NCBI GenBank assembly: GCA_029225565.1
Contig: JAQXWS010000027.1
Location: forward strand, 7,585-71,584
DNA from: Eubacteriales bacterium
GTDB lineage: Bacteria > Bacillota > Clostridia > Oscillospirales > Acutalibacteraceae
Direction of reading: 5' to 3'
Length of the DNA: 64,000 nucleotides
Shown here: positions 46,670 to 55,432 of the stretch, in pieces
Layout: every line of letters begins with the position of its first letter
Numbering within the stretch: the first letter of the stretch is position 1
Program-made: the position numbers and the translations under genes
The notes under the pieces: model-generated
Databases searched by the model: none
Seen by the model: only the letters and a program-made list of their open reading frames with translations
What the model was told of the DNA's origin: nothing

Positions 46670-48550
46670 TTACATCAGATCGCAGACTGTATCTGCCAAT
46701 CGGGTAGGATTGTCGATTGGCAGTCCTGCGATGAGTCTGGCTTGGTTATACAAAATATCGGTGTACTTTTTCAGAGTGTCGTCGTCAACGACTTTTAGCT
46801 TTTCCGCAATAGGGTGGGTGCTGTTGATTTCCAGTACAAGCTCTGCCTTTACGCTGTCGTTGGCACCGGGCATCTGGGACAGTACCTTTGCCATTTCCAG
46901 ACTGACAAAGCCTTCGGCAGAAAGGCATACTGCATGGGAGCCCAGCTTGTTGGTGAATTTTACCTCCTTTACCTCATCGGAAAGGTAGGACTTCATCTTT
47001 TCCAGCAGGTCTTTTGCATCTTCGTTAGCTTTGTTTATTGCTTCTTTTTCTGCCTCTGTGTCCAGGTCAAGGTCGTCCTTGCAGATGTTGGCAAACTGCT
47101 TGCCGTCATATTCCATCAGCATCTGGATTGCAAATTCATCCACCTCATCGGTAAAGTACAGAATTTCGTAGCCTTTGTTCTTTACAGCCTCGCACTGTGG
47201 CAGCATAGCAATCTTGTCAACATTGTCGCCGCAGGCGTAGTATATTTTTTCCTGCGAGTCCGCCATACGCTCCACATATTCCTTAAGGGTTGTATAGTCG
47301 TCGCCAACGGATGACTTGAACATCACCAAATCCTTTAGATTATCTTTGTTCATACCATAGTCGGCATATATGCCCCACTTGATATTTGTGCCAAAGGTGT
47401 CAAAAAATCGGTTATACTTCTCTCTGTTATTTGCCAGCATTTTTGCCAGCTCGTTTTTTATTTTCTTCTCTATTGCCTTTGCTATAATCTTTAGTTGACG
47501 GTCGTGCTGGAGTACCTCTCGGGAGATGTTCAGGCTAAGGTCGGCGCTATCCACCAAGCCTTTTACAAAGCTAAAGTAGTCCGGCAACAGGTCAGCGCAT
47601 TTGTCCATAATAAGTACACCGTTAGAGTATAGCTGCAGACCCTTTTCGTACTCCTTTGAGTAAAAGTCCATGGGTGCATTCTCGGGTATAAACATGAGGG
47701 CGTCAAAAGTAGCCTGGCCCTCTGTTTTGGTGTGGATTACCAGGGCAGGGTCCCGGTAGTCATAGAATTTGGACTTGTAAAACTCGTTGTATTCCTCATC
47801 CTTAATTTCACTCTTGGATTTGCGCCACAGCGGTACCATGGAATTGAGAGTTTCGTCATTAATCTCGGTTATGTACTCGCCCTCATTGTCGGGGTCGGGT
47901 ACTTGGGATGTCATTTCCATCACGATTGGGTAACGGATGTAGTCGCTGTATCTTTTTACCAGGTCACGGATACGATACTGCTCCAGGTATTCGCTGTATG
48001 ATTCGTCCTCGGTATCTGCCTTGATATGCAGGATTACGGTTGTGCCTACCTCATCCTTTTGGCAGGGCTTGATGGTGTAGCCATCTGCTCCGCTGCTGGT
48101 CCAAATGCCGGCTTCCTCAGCACCCAATGCCTTGGACACAACCTCTATCTTGTCTGCTACCATAAATGCCGAGTAAAATCCTACACCGAATTGACCAATA
48201 ACCTCAATATCACCGGCGTCCTTGTTGTCGGCGTTAGCCTTTTTAAAGTCCAAGGAGTCTGACTTTGCTATAGTACCCAGATTCTGCTCCAGCTCCTTGG
48301 CTGTCATACCGATGCCGTGGTCGCTGATTTTTATGGTTCGGTCTTCCTTGTTCAGGTCGATACGAATTGTAAGCTTGTCCTTGTCTGCGTTGATGCTGCT
48401 GTCGGTCAAGGACTTGAAATAAAGCTTGTCCGTTGCATCACTTGCGTTAGAAATCAATTCTCTCAAAAAGATTTCTTTGTGGGTATAGATGGAGTTGATC
48501 ATCATATCCAGTAGTTTTTTTGATTCTGCCTTAAATTGCTTTTTGCTCAA
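46670..48550 (-). CDS. htpG: Molecular chaperone HtpG (Hsp90)
   Basis: SIYTHKEIFLRELISNASDA, NLGTIAKS, IGQFGVGFYSAFMVA, SADLSLNISRE; TTG start at 48550 after GAGGTG SD. Confidence 0.97.
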   Translation of the reverse strand: MSKKQFKAESKKLLDMMINSIYTHKEIFLRELISNASDATDKLYFKSLTDSSINADKDKLTIRIDLNKEDRTIKISDHGIGMTAKELEQNLGTIAKSDSLDFKKANADNKDAGDIEVIGQFGVGFYSAFMVADKIEVVSKALGAEEAGIWTSSGADGYTIKPCQKDEVGTTVILHIKADTEDESYSEYLEQYRIRDLVKRYSDYIRYPIVMEMTSQVPDPDNEGEYITEINDETLNSMVPLWRKSKSEIKDEEYNEFYKSKFYDYRDPALVIHTKTEGQATFDALMFIPENAPMDFYSKEYEKGLQLYSNGVLIMDKCADLLPDYFSFVKGLVDSADLSLNISREVLQHDRQLKIIAKAIEKKIKNELAKMLANNREKYNRFFDTFGTNIKWGIYADYGMNKDNLKDLVMFKSSVGDDYTTLKEYVERMADSQEKIYYACGDNVDKIAMLPQCEAVKNKGYEILYFTDEVDEFAIQMLMEYDGKQFANICKDDLDLDTEAEKEAINKANEDAKDLLEKMKSYLSDEVKEVKFTNKLGSHAVCLSAEGFVSLEMAKVLSQMPGANDSVKAELVLEINSTHPIAEKLKVVDDDTLKKYTDILYNQARLIAGLPIDNPTRLADTVCDLM

Positions 48551-48750
48551 AATAATCACCTCATACATATTATACAATTTAGTAGAAAAGGTGTATCGTC
48601 AGTAGCACCCATTAAGGCGTGAATGCCGGTGACGAATCATTTTGCACTTTTTCTGCAAAGGGGATTATAGCACATATTGGCAAAAAAATCCATCGATTTT
48701 CCATATTTCTTATGTAAAAAGGACCTGCACCTCGTACAAGTCCTTTCGTT

Positions 48751-49062
48751 TTAGTCCATTGCGTCGGATACTGCGTCTCCTGCCTTGTCAACTGCTCCGC
48801 CAACACCGTCGGCAACATCGTCTATTCCCTCACCGATATCGTCGCCCACACGGTCGGCTCTGTCCTTGGCTTCGGTTGCCATATCGGTGGCAGCCTCTTC
48901 TGCCTTGTTGGTTGTGCCGGATTTGGTTGTAGCGCTTGTTGAAGATGTTGTTGTAGTAGTTGATGTGGTGCTGTTCAAGGTGTTGTTATTACTCTTGCCA
49001 CAGGCCACCATTGTTCCTGCAATTACGCAGATTGATAAGATGCAGATTATTGCTTTTTTCAT
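48751..49062 (-). CDS. Small Ser/Thr-rich lipoprotein
   Basis: MKKAIICILSICVIAGTMVAC lipobox, poly-Thr linker, acidic late-embryogenesis-like tail; GAAAGGA SD. Confidence 0.7.
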   Translation of the reverse strand: MKKAIICILSICVIAGTMVACGKSNNNTLNSTTSTTTTTSSTSATTKSGTTNKAEEAATDMATEAKDRADRVGDDIGEGIDDVADGVGGAVDKAGDAVSDAMD

Positions 49063-49113
49063 ATATATCATCCTTTCAGTGATAGTGTTGTCCGATTATT
49101 TCTTATTATTCAT

Positions 49114-50442
49114 TTATTTTGTAAGGGTGCCGTTATCGGTCTTTAGCAGCAGCATAATATCTTCCTCGTCACCTGTGTCGCAGTTGATATATACCAGAGC
49201 CTCCTCACCGGTGTCGTTACTGCGGCAGGTAAATTCATAACACTGTACCTCCTTGCCGCTTTCTTTTGGTATTACGCACCGCTTTGAGGACAGTACCGTC
49301 AGGTACTTTGATACTCTTTTTTGTGCTTGTGACTTGTTGATTTTCGGTTTTGACGGAGTACGGGGTTTGTGGTTGGTGAGATAGGTATTGGCATCCACAG
49401 TCAGCAAAGCACCGTCAGCCATGGATACGCCCACCTTTATCAGGTCGCTGTAGTAGGTTACGCCGTTCTTTCGGTAAGCACAATTTATGGTGCATACATT
49501 GTTATCTACCGCATAGTAGCTGGTTACCATATTGTCATACCCAATGTTTTTTAGGTGGCTGAGCGCCAGTCCACATGCTTCCTTTTCGGATATTTCGCTT
49601 TTGGTTATACCGCCGGAATACAGTAATTGGCGTATATATCCGCCCTGCTTTGTTACAGATACCGTGTATCGACTGCATTTGTAGGTAAAGCAGGGAATAC
49701 GGCCTTTTTCGTCGGTTTCGTAATTGATTCTTCCGGGATTGATATTCAGCGCCTTGGATACTATACTTTTGCCCCGGTCGGAGGAGATTACAGGACTGTT
49801 GTTTACTAATTCGGATTTTTTGTTCAGCACTTGGTCAGAAAACGGACCGTCGTAAAGCAGAGTGGGGAAGTCGTCAAAAATTTTTGCACCATTGGAGAAT
49901 CCGTCGGATAGGGTTGATATGCTGCGAATGTTTTTTGAGTTTACCTCGCCCGAGGTGATTTCGCCTCCGGCTTCTACTATGCTGACCATATCGTCTATGG
50001 ATTCCTGCAGGCGCTGACAATACTTTAGCAGTGAGTTCAAGCTTTTGTGCTGGGCGTCTGTAATTTTTTCACCCTTGTCAATTTTGTTGCCTATGAATTG
50101 GGCGTAATCCCCTGCCTGGGACAGAAATTTGTAGGTTGCGCCCAACTTCATTTGCTGTGCGGGCAATCGGCTGATTGCATTTTTTGCCGTTGCGCACTGT
50201 GCATACAAGTCTCGGCTTATATCATATATCTCGCCGGCAGAGTTTGAGTACAGCTCCTTTGTCAGGTCGGTGCTGATGGAATCCAGGCTTTCGCTGAGCT
50301 CCATCAGCGATTGTTGATAATTCAGCTCCAGCTCGTTGCGGTAGGTGTTCATATTCCTGGTGTTTATGGCTACCGACGCCATAAGTATTGCCAGTGCAAA
50401 TACGGTATAGCAGGCGATTCTGATGTAACTTCTCTTTGTCAT
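49114..50442 (-). CDS. ypeB: Spore germination protein YpeB (PepSY domains)
   Basis: YQQSL.EL...L..I...L.K, KFLSQAGDYA, FPTLLYDGPFSD, YSDLIKVGV..DG.....DA..YL.NH, YINCDTG.EE.I. Confidence 0.9.
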   Translation of the reverse strand: MTKRSYIRIACYTVFALAILMASVAINTRNMNTYRNELELNYQQSLMELSESLDSISTDLTKELYSNSAGEIYDISRDLYAQCATAKNAISRLPAQQMKLGATYKFLSQAGDYAQFIGNKIDKGEKITDAQHKSLNSLLKYCQRLQESIDDMVSIVEAGGEITSGEVNSKNIRSISTLSDGFSNGAKIFDDFPTLLYDGPFSDQVLNKKSELVNNSPVISSDRGKSIVSKALNINPGRINYETDEKGRIPCFTYKCSRYTVSVTKQGGYIRQLLYSGGITKSEISEKEACGLALSHLKNIGYDNMVTSYYAVDNNVCTINCAYRKNGVTYYSDLIKVGVSMADGALLTVDANTYLTNHKPRTPSKPKINKSQAQKRVSKYLTVLSSKRCVIPKESGKEVQCYEFTCRSNDTGEEALVYINCDTGDEEDIMLLLKTDNGTLTK

Positions 50443-50570
50443 ATTGTCACTCCTTTTTGTGTACAAAATCATTATTGCCATATTGTGTACAAAAATTCAT
50501 TATTTGTTTGCAACGGGATATAGACTGTGTTATAATGTAATTTGGATTATTATAGATGAGGAACTTTTGT

Positions 50571-51359
50571 ATGAAAGAGTTTGAGAAAAAAAGGATTGTA
50601 GTTAAGGTTGGTACCTCCACCTTGACCCACAGTAATACAAAAAAGACCAACATTGCCCGTATGGCAAAATTGGTTTCCGTGCTGGCAGACTTGCATAATA
50701 TGGGACACGAGGTGGTGCTTGTTTCTTCCGGCGCTATCGCTATAGGCGTCGGCAAGCTGGGACTTAACCAAAAGCCCGGCAAGGACAAGGAACTACAAGC
50801 AACCGCCGCTATCGGACAGGGAGAACTGATGTTTTTGTACGATAAGCTTTTCGGCGAATACGGGGTAGTTGTGTCTCAGCTTCTGTTTACTACGGATGCG
50901 TTGCAAAGGGACGAGAGCAGGGGACACCTTATTGATACATTCAACCAACTGTTAGCATACGGCGCAATACCCATTGTTAACGAAAATGACTCTGTGTCTA
51001 TTGAGGAGCTTCGCAACGGCGACAATGACTGCTTGTCCGCTATTGTGTCCGAGCTTATTGAGGCGGATATGTTGATTATGCTCACGGACACCGACGGATT
51101 GTATGACAGTAACCCCAACACAAACCCCGACGCAAAGCTGATTACCTGCGTTGAGGAGATTACTCCGGAGATAGAACGCATAGCAGGCGGCGCCGGCGAT
51201 TTGGGTACCGGAGGCTTTGCCACAAAGATTACTGCGGCGAATATTGCCACCTCGGCAGGTATCCCGGTAACAATTATTAACGGCGAAAAGCCCACAAGGA
51301 TATATAAGATTTTGGACGGCGAGAGTGTAGGCACACTTTTTTTGCCAAGGGAGAAATAG
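50571..51359 (+). CDS. proB: Glutamate 5-kinase (no PUA domain)
   Basis: RIVVKVGTSTLT, LVSSGAI, AAIGQG.L, PIVNEND, GDND.LSA, GTGG..TKI.AA; TTGCAA-17-TATAAT promoter at 50508-50536. Confidence 0.96.
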   Translation: MKEFEKKRIVVKVGTSTLTHSNTKKTNIARMAKLVSVLADLHNMGHEVVLVSSGAIAIGVGKLGLNQKPGKDKELQATAAIGQGELMFLYDKLFGEYGVVVSQLLFTTDALQRDESRGHLIDTFNQLLAYGAIPIVNENDSVSIEELRNGDNDCLSAIVSELIEADMLIMLTDTDGLYDSNPNTNPDAKLITCVEEITPEIERIAGGAGDLGTGGFATKITAANIATSAGIPVTIINGEKPTRIYKILDGESVGTLFLPREK

Positions 51360-51360
51360 T

Positions 51361-52602
51361 ATGACCATTACCGATATGGGCAAAAGCGCAAGGGCGACCA
51401 TGCCCTTTATGTCCCAGGTTACTACAGAAAAAAAGAATATTGCTTTGCTGGCTATTGCGGACGCTTTATTGGATAATAAAGACAGAATCATTGCTGCCAA
51501 TGCCGTTGATATGCAAAACGGCAGGGACGCCGGATTGAGCGACGGATTACTGGATAGGCTGATGCTGGATAGTGAGCGCATTGACGGTATTGCCGACGGC
51601 GTCAGGAATGTGGCATCACTTGATGAGCCTTGCGGCAAGGTGGTGTCCACCTATAACAAGGATAACGGTCTGGTGATAAAAAAGGTTACCGTGCCTATTG
51701 GCGTTATCGGTATTATTTTTGAGGCCAGGCCAAATGTAACCGTTGATGCGGCGGCATTGTGCCTTAAAAGCGGCAATGCAGTTATTCTTCGCGGCGGCAA
51801 GGAGGCTATTAATTCTAATACTGCTTTGGCAGAGGTTATGCGCGATGCCGTGGAGAGCGTCGGATTTCCCGGTGATGTTATCCAGCTGGTTGCCGACACC
51901 AACCGTCAGTCAGCCAATGATATGATGCACCTGGACGATTATCTTGATTGCCTGATTCCTCGCGGCGGCAAGGGACTCATCAAGGCTGTTGTACAGAATT
52001 CCACCGTGCCGGTAATTGAGACCGGCTCGGGCAACTGCCACATATATGTTGATGACAGTGCGGATATTGATATGGCATCAAATATAATATATAACGCAAA
52101 GACCCAGCGTATCAGCGTGTGTAACGCGTGCGAAAGCTTGGTAATCAACAGCAGGATTATCGACAGGGCGTTGCCTGTAATTAAGGCAAGGCTGGACGAA
52201 AAGAATGTGGTAATGGTAGGTGACTGCGCAGCCATGGCTGCCTGTGACGGTATTTTGCCTGCAAGTGAGGAGGATTTTTACACCGAATATTTGGATTACA
52301 AAATCAGCGTAAAAACCGTTGATACACTTGATGAGGCAATATCACATATTAACGAACACTCCACCGGACACAGCGAGGCTATTATTACTTCCAATATGGA
52401 CAATGCCGACAAATTTATGAAATGTGTGGATTCATCGTCGGTGTATGTAAACGCATCCACCAGATTCACCGACGGCGGCGAATTCGGCTTGGGTGCAGAA
52501 ATTGGTATTTCTACCCAAAAGCTCCACGCTCGCGGACCTATGGGTATATCCCAGTTGACTACCACAAAATATCTTATTTACGGAGATGGACAGATTAGGT
52601 AA
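51361..52602 (+). CDS. proA: Gamma-glutamyl phosphate reductase
   Basis: VPIGVIGIIFEARPNVT, LRGGKEA, IPRGG.GLI, VCNACE, NASTRFTDGGEFGLGAEIGISTQKLHARGPMG. Confidence 0.97.
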   Translation: MTITDMGKSARATMPFMSQVTTEKKNIALLAIADALLDNKDRIIAANAVDMQNGRDAGLSDGLLDRLMLDSERIDGIADGVRNVASLDEPCGKVVSTYNKDNGLVIKKVTVPIGVIGIIFEARPNVTVDAAALCLKSGNAVILRGGKEAINSNTALAEVMRDAVESVGFPGDVIQLVADTNRQSANDMMHLDDYLDCLIPRGGKGLIKAVVQNSTVPVIETGSGNCHIYVDDSADIDMASNIIYNAKTQRISVCNACESLVINSRIIDRALPVIKARLDEKNVVMVGDCAAMAACDGILPASEEDFYTEYLDYKISVKTVDTLDEAISHINEHSTGHSEAIITSNMDNADKFMKCVDSSSVYVNASTRFTDGGEFGLGAEIGISTQKLHARGPMGISQLTTTKYLIYGDGQIR

Positions 52603-53873
52603 TGGGACAGGATTACTTTGATAATGATGTGGACATAATGCGTAAAGAGCGCAAAAAAAAGAGAAAAAGAAAAAAAGCTCGCCGAACCCTTTTGTCCGTA
52701 CTTGGCATATTAGTCATCGGCGTAGGTACCTTTTTCGGTACCATCAAGCTGGTTAAGCCGGATTTTGATTTTTCGTTGATTTTGCCGGAGCGTGCCGGCC
52801 AGGTTGTGGCTTTTTTGGAAAACAGAAAGGTCAATGTTGACTCCCCTCAGCAGCAGGACAGCACCACCGTTGCCCCTGTAACAACTACTACTCAGCCCGA
52901 TTATTTTGATTACCTTGACTCGTCAGAGTTCGAATTTTCTGCCGACAGCAAGGGCAATCTTGTGGGTAATTTACTGGGCGGCGGAAGTATTGCTACCAGC
53001 CCGTCGTATATTTACAATTTGGCAAAGGACAGAGGTATATACCGCTTTATTCCCTCCACGGAGGATTTTGCAATCTCTTATCCTACAAAGGATACTCTGG
53101 CGTGCCTTAATCTTGTGGGTGATTACCTGTATTTCGTAAACAAAACGGACGGGTGCTTTTATTCTCTTGAGAGGGGTACCACCGACGCAAAAAAATTGGC
53201 AGATGATGTGGACTTTGCTTATATCTACGGCAATGACGCCTATTACATCAGCGGCCTTAATACTATGTGCTATATGGACCTGAAGTCCGGCGCTTCCAAA
53301 GAACTGTATGACTCCACGGGCAAACTGCAGTTTGTGGGCATATCACTGGATAGAGTGTTTTTTGCAGAGGATAATGGCAGCAAGTATTCTTTTTTAACTG
53401 TGGACAAGCATGGCAGGGACGAGGCGTCCCCATTTATGTCGGATACCTACAGCGACGATATAAGATATATGACTATGGAGGACGGATTCCTCTACTATTA
53501 CCAAAGGCAGAATGACGGCGATTACAATCTTATACGCAAGAAATTCGGCTCTGACAGGACTGTGACCCTGCTTTACAATGTGAGACCCAACGGCTACCCC
53601 ATAGTGGACGCCAATAAGTTGTATTACGCTACCCTGAATGACGGTACATACCGTATGCGGGAGTATAATATGAATACAAAGACAAAAAAGACTATGTTGT
53701 CCGTATCCGGAGTTAAGGAGACAGAGCATATTAATATCTTCCACGGCGGAGAGTACGATTTTATTATAGGCCAAAAGGCAGAGAACGGTGATGCAGTGTA
53801 TATTGCCAGCGGTATGTACACCTCGTCATCCAATGTAATGGGATTTTCTCAGGGCAAGTGGGAGTACCGGTAA
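52602..53873 (+). CDS. Membrane-anchored DUF5050-like beta-propeller protein
   Basis: Basic stretch plus a single TM helix, then repeats such as LNLVGDYLYF and MEDGFLYY. Confidence 0.6.
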   Translation: MGQDYFDNDVDIMRKERKKKRKRKKARRTLLSVLGILVIGVGTFFGTIKLVKPDFDFSLILPERAGQVVAFLENRKVNVDSPQQQDSTTVAPVTTTTQPDYFDYLDSSEFEFSADSKGNLVGNLLGGGSIATSPSYIYNLAKDRGIYRFIPSTEDFAISYPTKDTLACLNLVGDYLYFVNKTDGCFYSLERGTTDAKKLADDVDFAYIYGNDAYYISGLNTMCYMDLKSGASKELYDSTGKLQFVGISLDRVFFAEDNGSKYSFLTVDKHGRDEASPFMSDTYSDDIRYMTMEDGFLYYYQRQNDGDYNLIRKKFGSDRTVTLLYNVRPNGYPIVDANKLYYATLNDGTYRMREYNMNTKTKKTMLSVSGVKETEHINIFHGGEYDFIIGQKAENGDAVYIASGMYTSSSNVMGFSQGKWEYR

Positions 53874-53897
53874 CACACAGATACAGAGGTTTGAGTT

Positions 53898-55328
53898 TTG
53901 GATAAGTATAAAAAACTGGCAGTTAACACAATAATATTTGCAATCGGCACATTCTCATCCAAGGTGTTGAGCTTTTTGCTTATGCCCTTTGTTACCCGTA
54001 TGATGGGTACGGCTGACTATGGCTCTGCAGATTTGGTACAGCAGACGGCAAATGTGCTGATTCCCATTGTATTTTTACAAATCAATAGTGCCGTATTGCG
54101 CTATTCTCTGGACAAAGCCAGCGACAAGAGCGATGTGTTTACCGTTGGTATTCGCACCACCATCAAGGGCTTTGCCGTGTTCCTGCTGTTTGCATATCCG
54201 GTCAGTCTTATTACCATCAATGATTTCAGGCTGGGTGACTATATTGTATTTATATATGTGTTTGTGCTGACATCCGGTACCCGACAGCTGTGCCAGAATT
54301 TTGTCAGAGGCTGCGGCCATGTAAAGACATTTGCCATTGACGGAATCTTGACCACCGCTACCATGCTGGCGTTCAATCTTCTGTTTTTGGGTCCGTTGCA
54401 TTTGGGCGTTAAGGGATATATTTTTGCCATCATTGCTTCCGACTTTTGCTCCATCTGCTTTTTCTTTGTTACCTGCAGGCTGTGGCGATATGTCAAGGTT
54501 AAGGGGGTCAGCAAAAATTTAAAGTTGGAGATGCTGAAGTATTCTATCCCCATGATGCCCACCGTCATTCTTTGGTGGATTGTCAATGTGTCGGACAGAT
54601 ATATGGTTACCGGCTTCATTTCCTCATCTGCCAACGGACTCTATACCGCTGCCTCCAAGATTCCTAATTTCGTGGTTATGTTTTCTTCCATATTCATAGA
54701 TGCGTGGCAGTTGTCCGCTGTGGAGGAGTACGACAGTGACAGCAGAGCCACATTCTTTTCCAAGGTAATCAGAGTGTATTCCGGCGGAATTTTTGCTGTG
54801 GCGTCAGCCCTTATTCTTTGCTGCCAGGTGATAACAAAAATACTGGTCGCCCCCTCATATTTTGAGTCGTGGCAGTATGTTCCGATTTTGATTATTGCTA
54901 CTTCTTTTTCGTGCTTTGTCAATTTTTTGGGTTCAATCTACATGGCGGAAAAAAAGTCGGTTATGGCTATGGTAACCGCATTGGCTGGCGCCGGTACAAA
55001 TGTTGTGCTTAATTTGATATTGATACCTCGCATCGGTGCCAACGGCGCCGCTATTGCCACAGTGGCTGCCTTTGTGGTGGTATTTGTTGCGCGGGCAATT
55101 CATACCCGCAAATATATTGAGGTAAAGCTGAATCCTCCTTTACTTATATTACAGACTCTTATTTTGGCTTTGCAGTGTGTTGTAATGCTGTATTTCAAGT
55201 CGGGTGTGGCAATGTATGCCATCGAGGCAGGATTGTTCCTTGTTATGGTTGCAGTCAATCTTGGCCCAATTAAGGAATTGGCAATGCTTGTTTTGGGCAA
55301 ATTTTTGAAAAAGGGACGCAAATCTTAG
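53898..55328 (+). CDS. Polysaccharide flippase (Wzx/MATE-like)
   Basis: KYKKLAVNTIIFAIGTFSSKVLSFLLMP, KYSIPMMP...WW..N.SDRY, ANGLY.AASKIP. Confidence 0.88.
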   Translation: MDKYKKLAVNTIIFAIGTFSSKVLSFLLMPFVTRMMGTADYGSADLVQQTANVLIPIVFLQINSAVLRYSLDKASDKSDVFTVGIRTTIKGFAVFLLFAYPVSLITINDFRLGDYIVFIYVFVLTSGTRQLCQNFVRGCGHVKTFAIDGILTTATMLAFNLLFLGPLHLGVKGYIFAIIASDFCSICFFFVTCRLWRYVKVKGVSKNLKLEMLKYSIPMMPTVILWWIVNVSDRYMVTGFISSSANGLYTAASKIPNFVVMFSSIFIDAWQLSAVEEYDSDSRATFFSKVIRVYSGGIFAVASALILCCQVITKILVAPSYFESWQYVPILIIATSFSCFVNFLGSIYMAEKKSVMAMVTALAGAGTNVVLNLILIPRIGANGAAIATVAAFVVVFVARAIHTRKYIEVKLNPPLLILQTLILALQCVVMLYFKSGVAMYAIEAGLFLVMVAVNLGPIKELAMLVLGKFLKKGRKS

Positions 55329-55432
55329 TATTTATTCGTTATTATATATTGCAAAATGGCATATTTTAGTGTATAATGTACAAACAATACATCAAAAATT
55401 AATAAATAAGCACTATATTTTGGAGGATTTGT

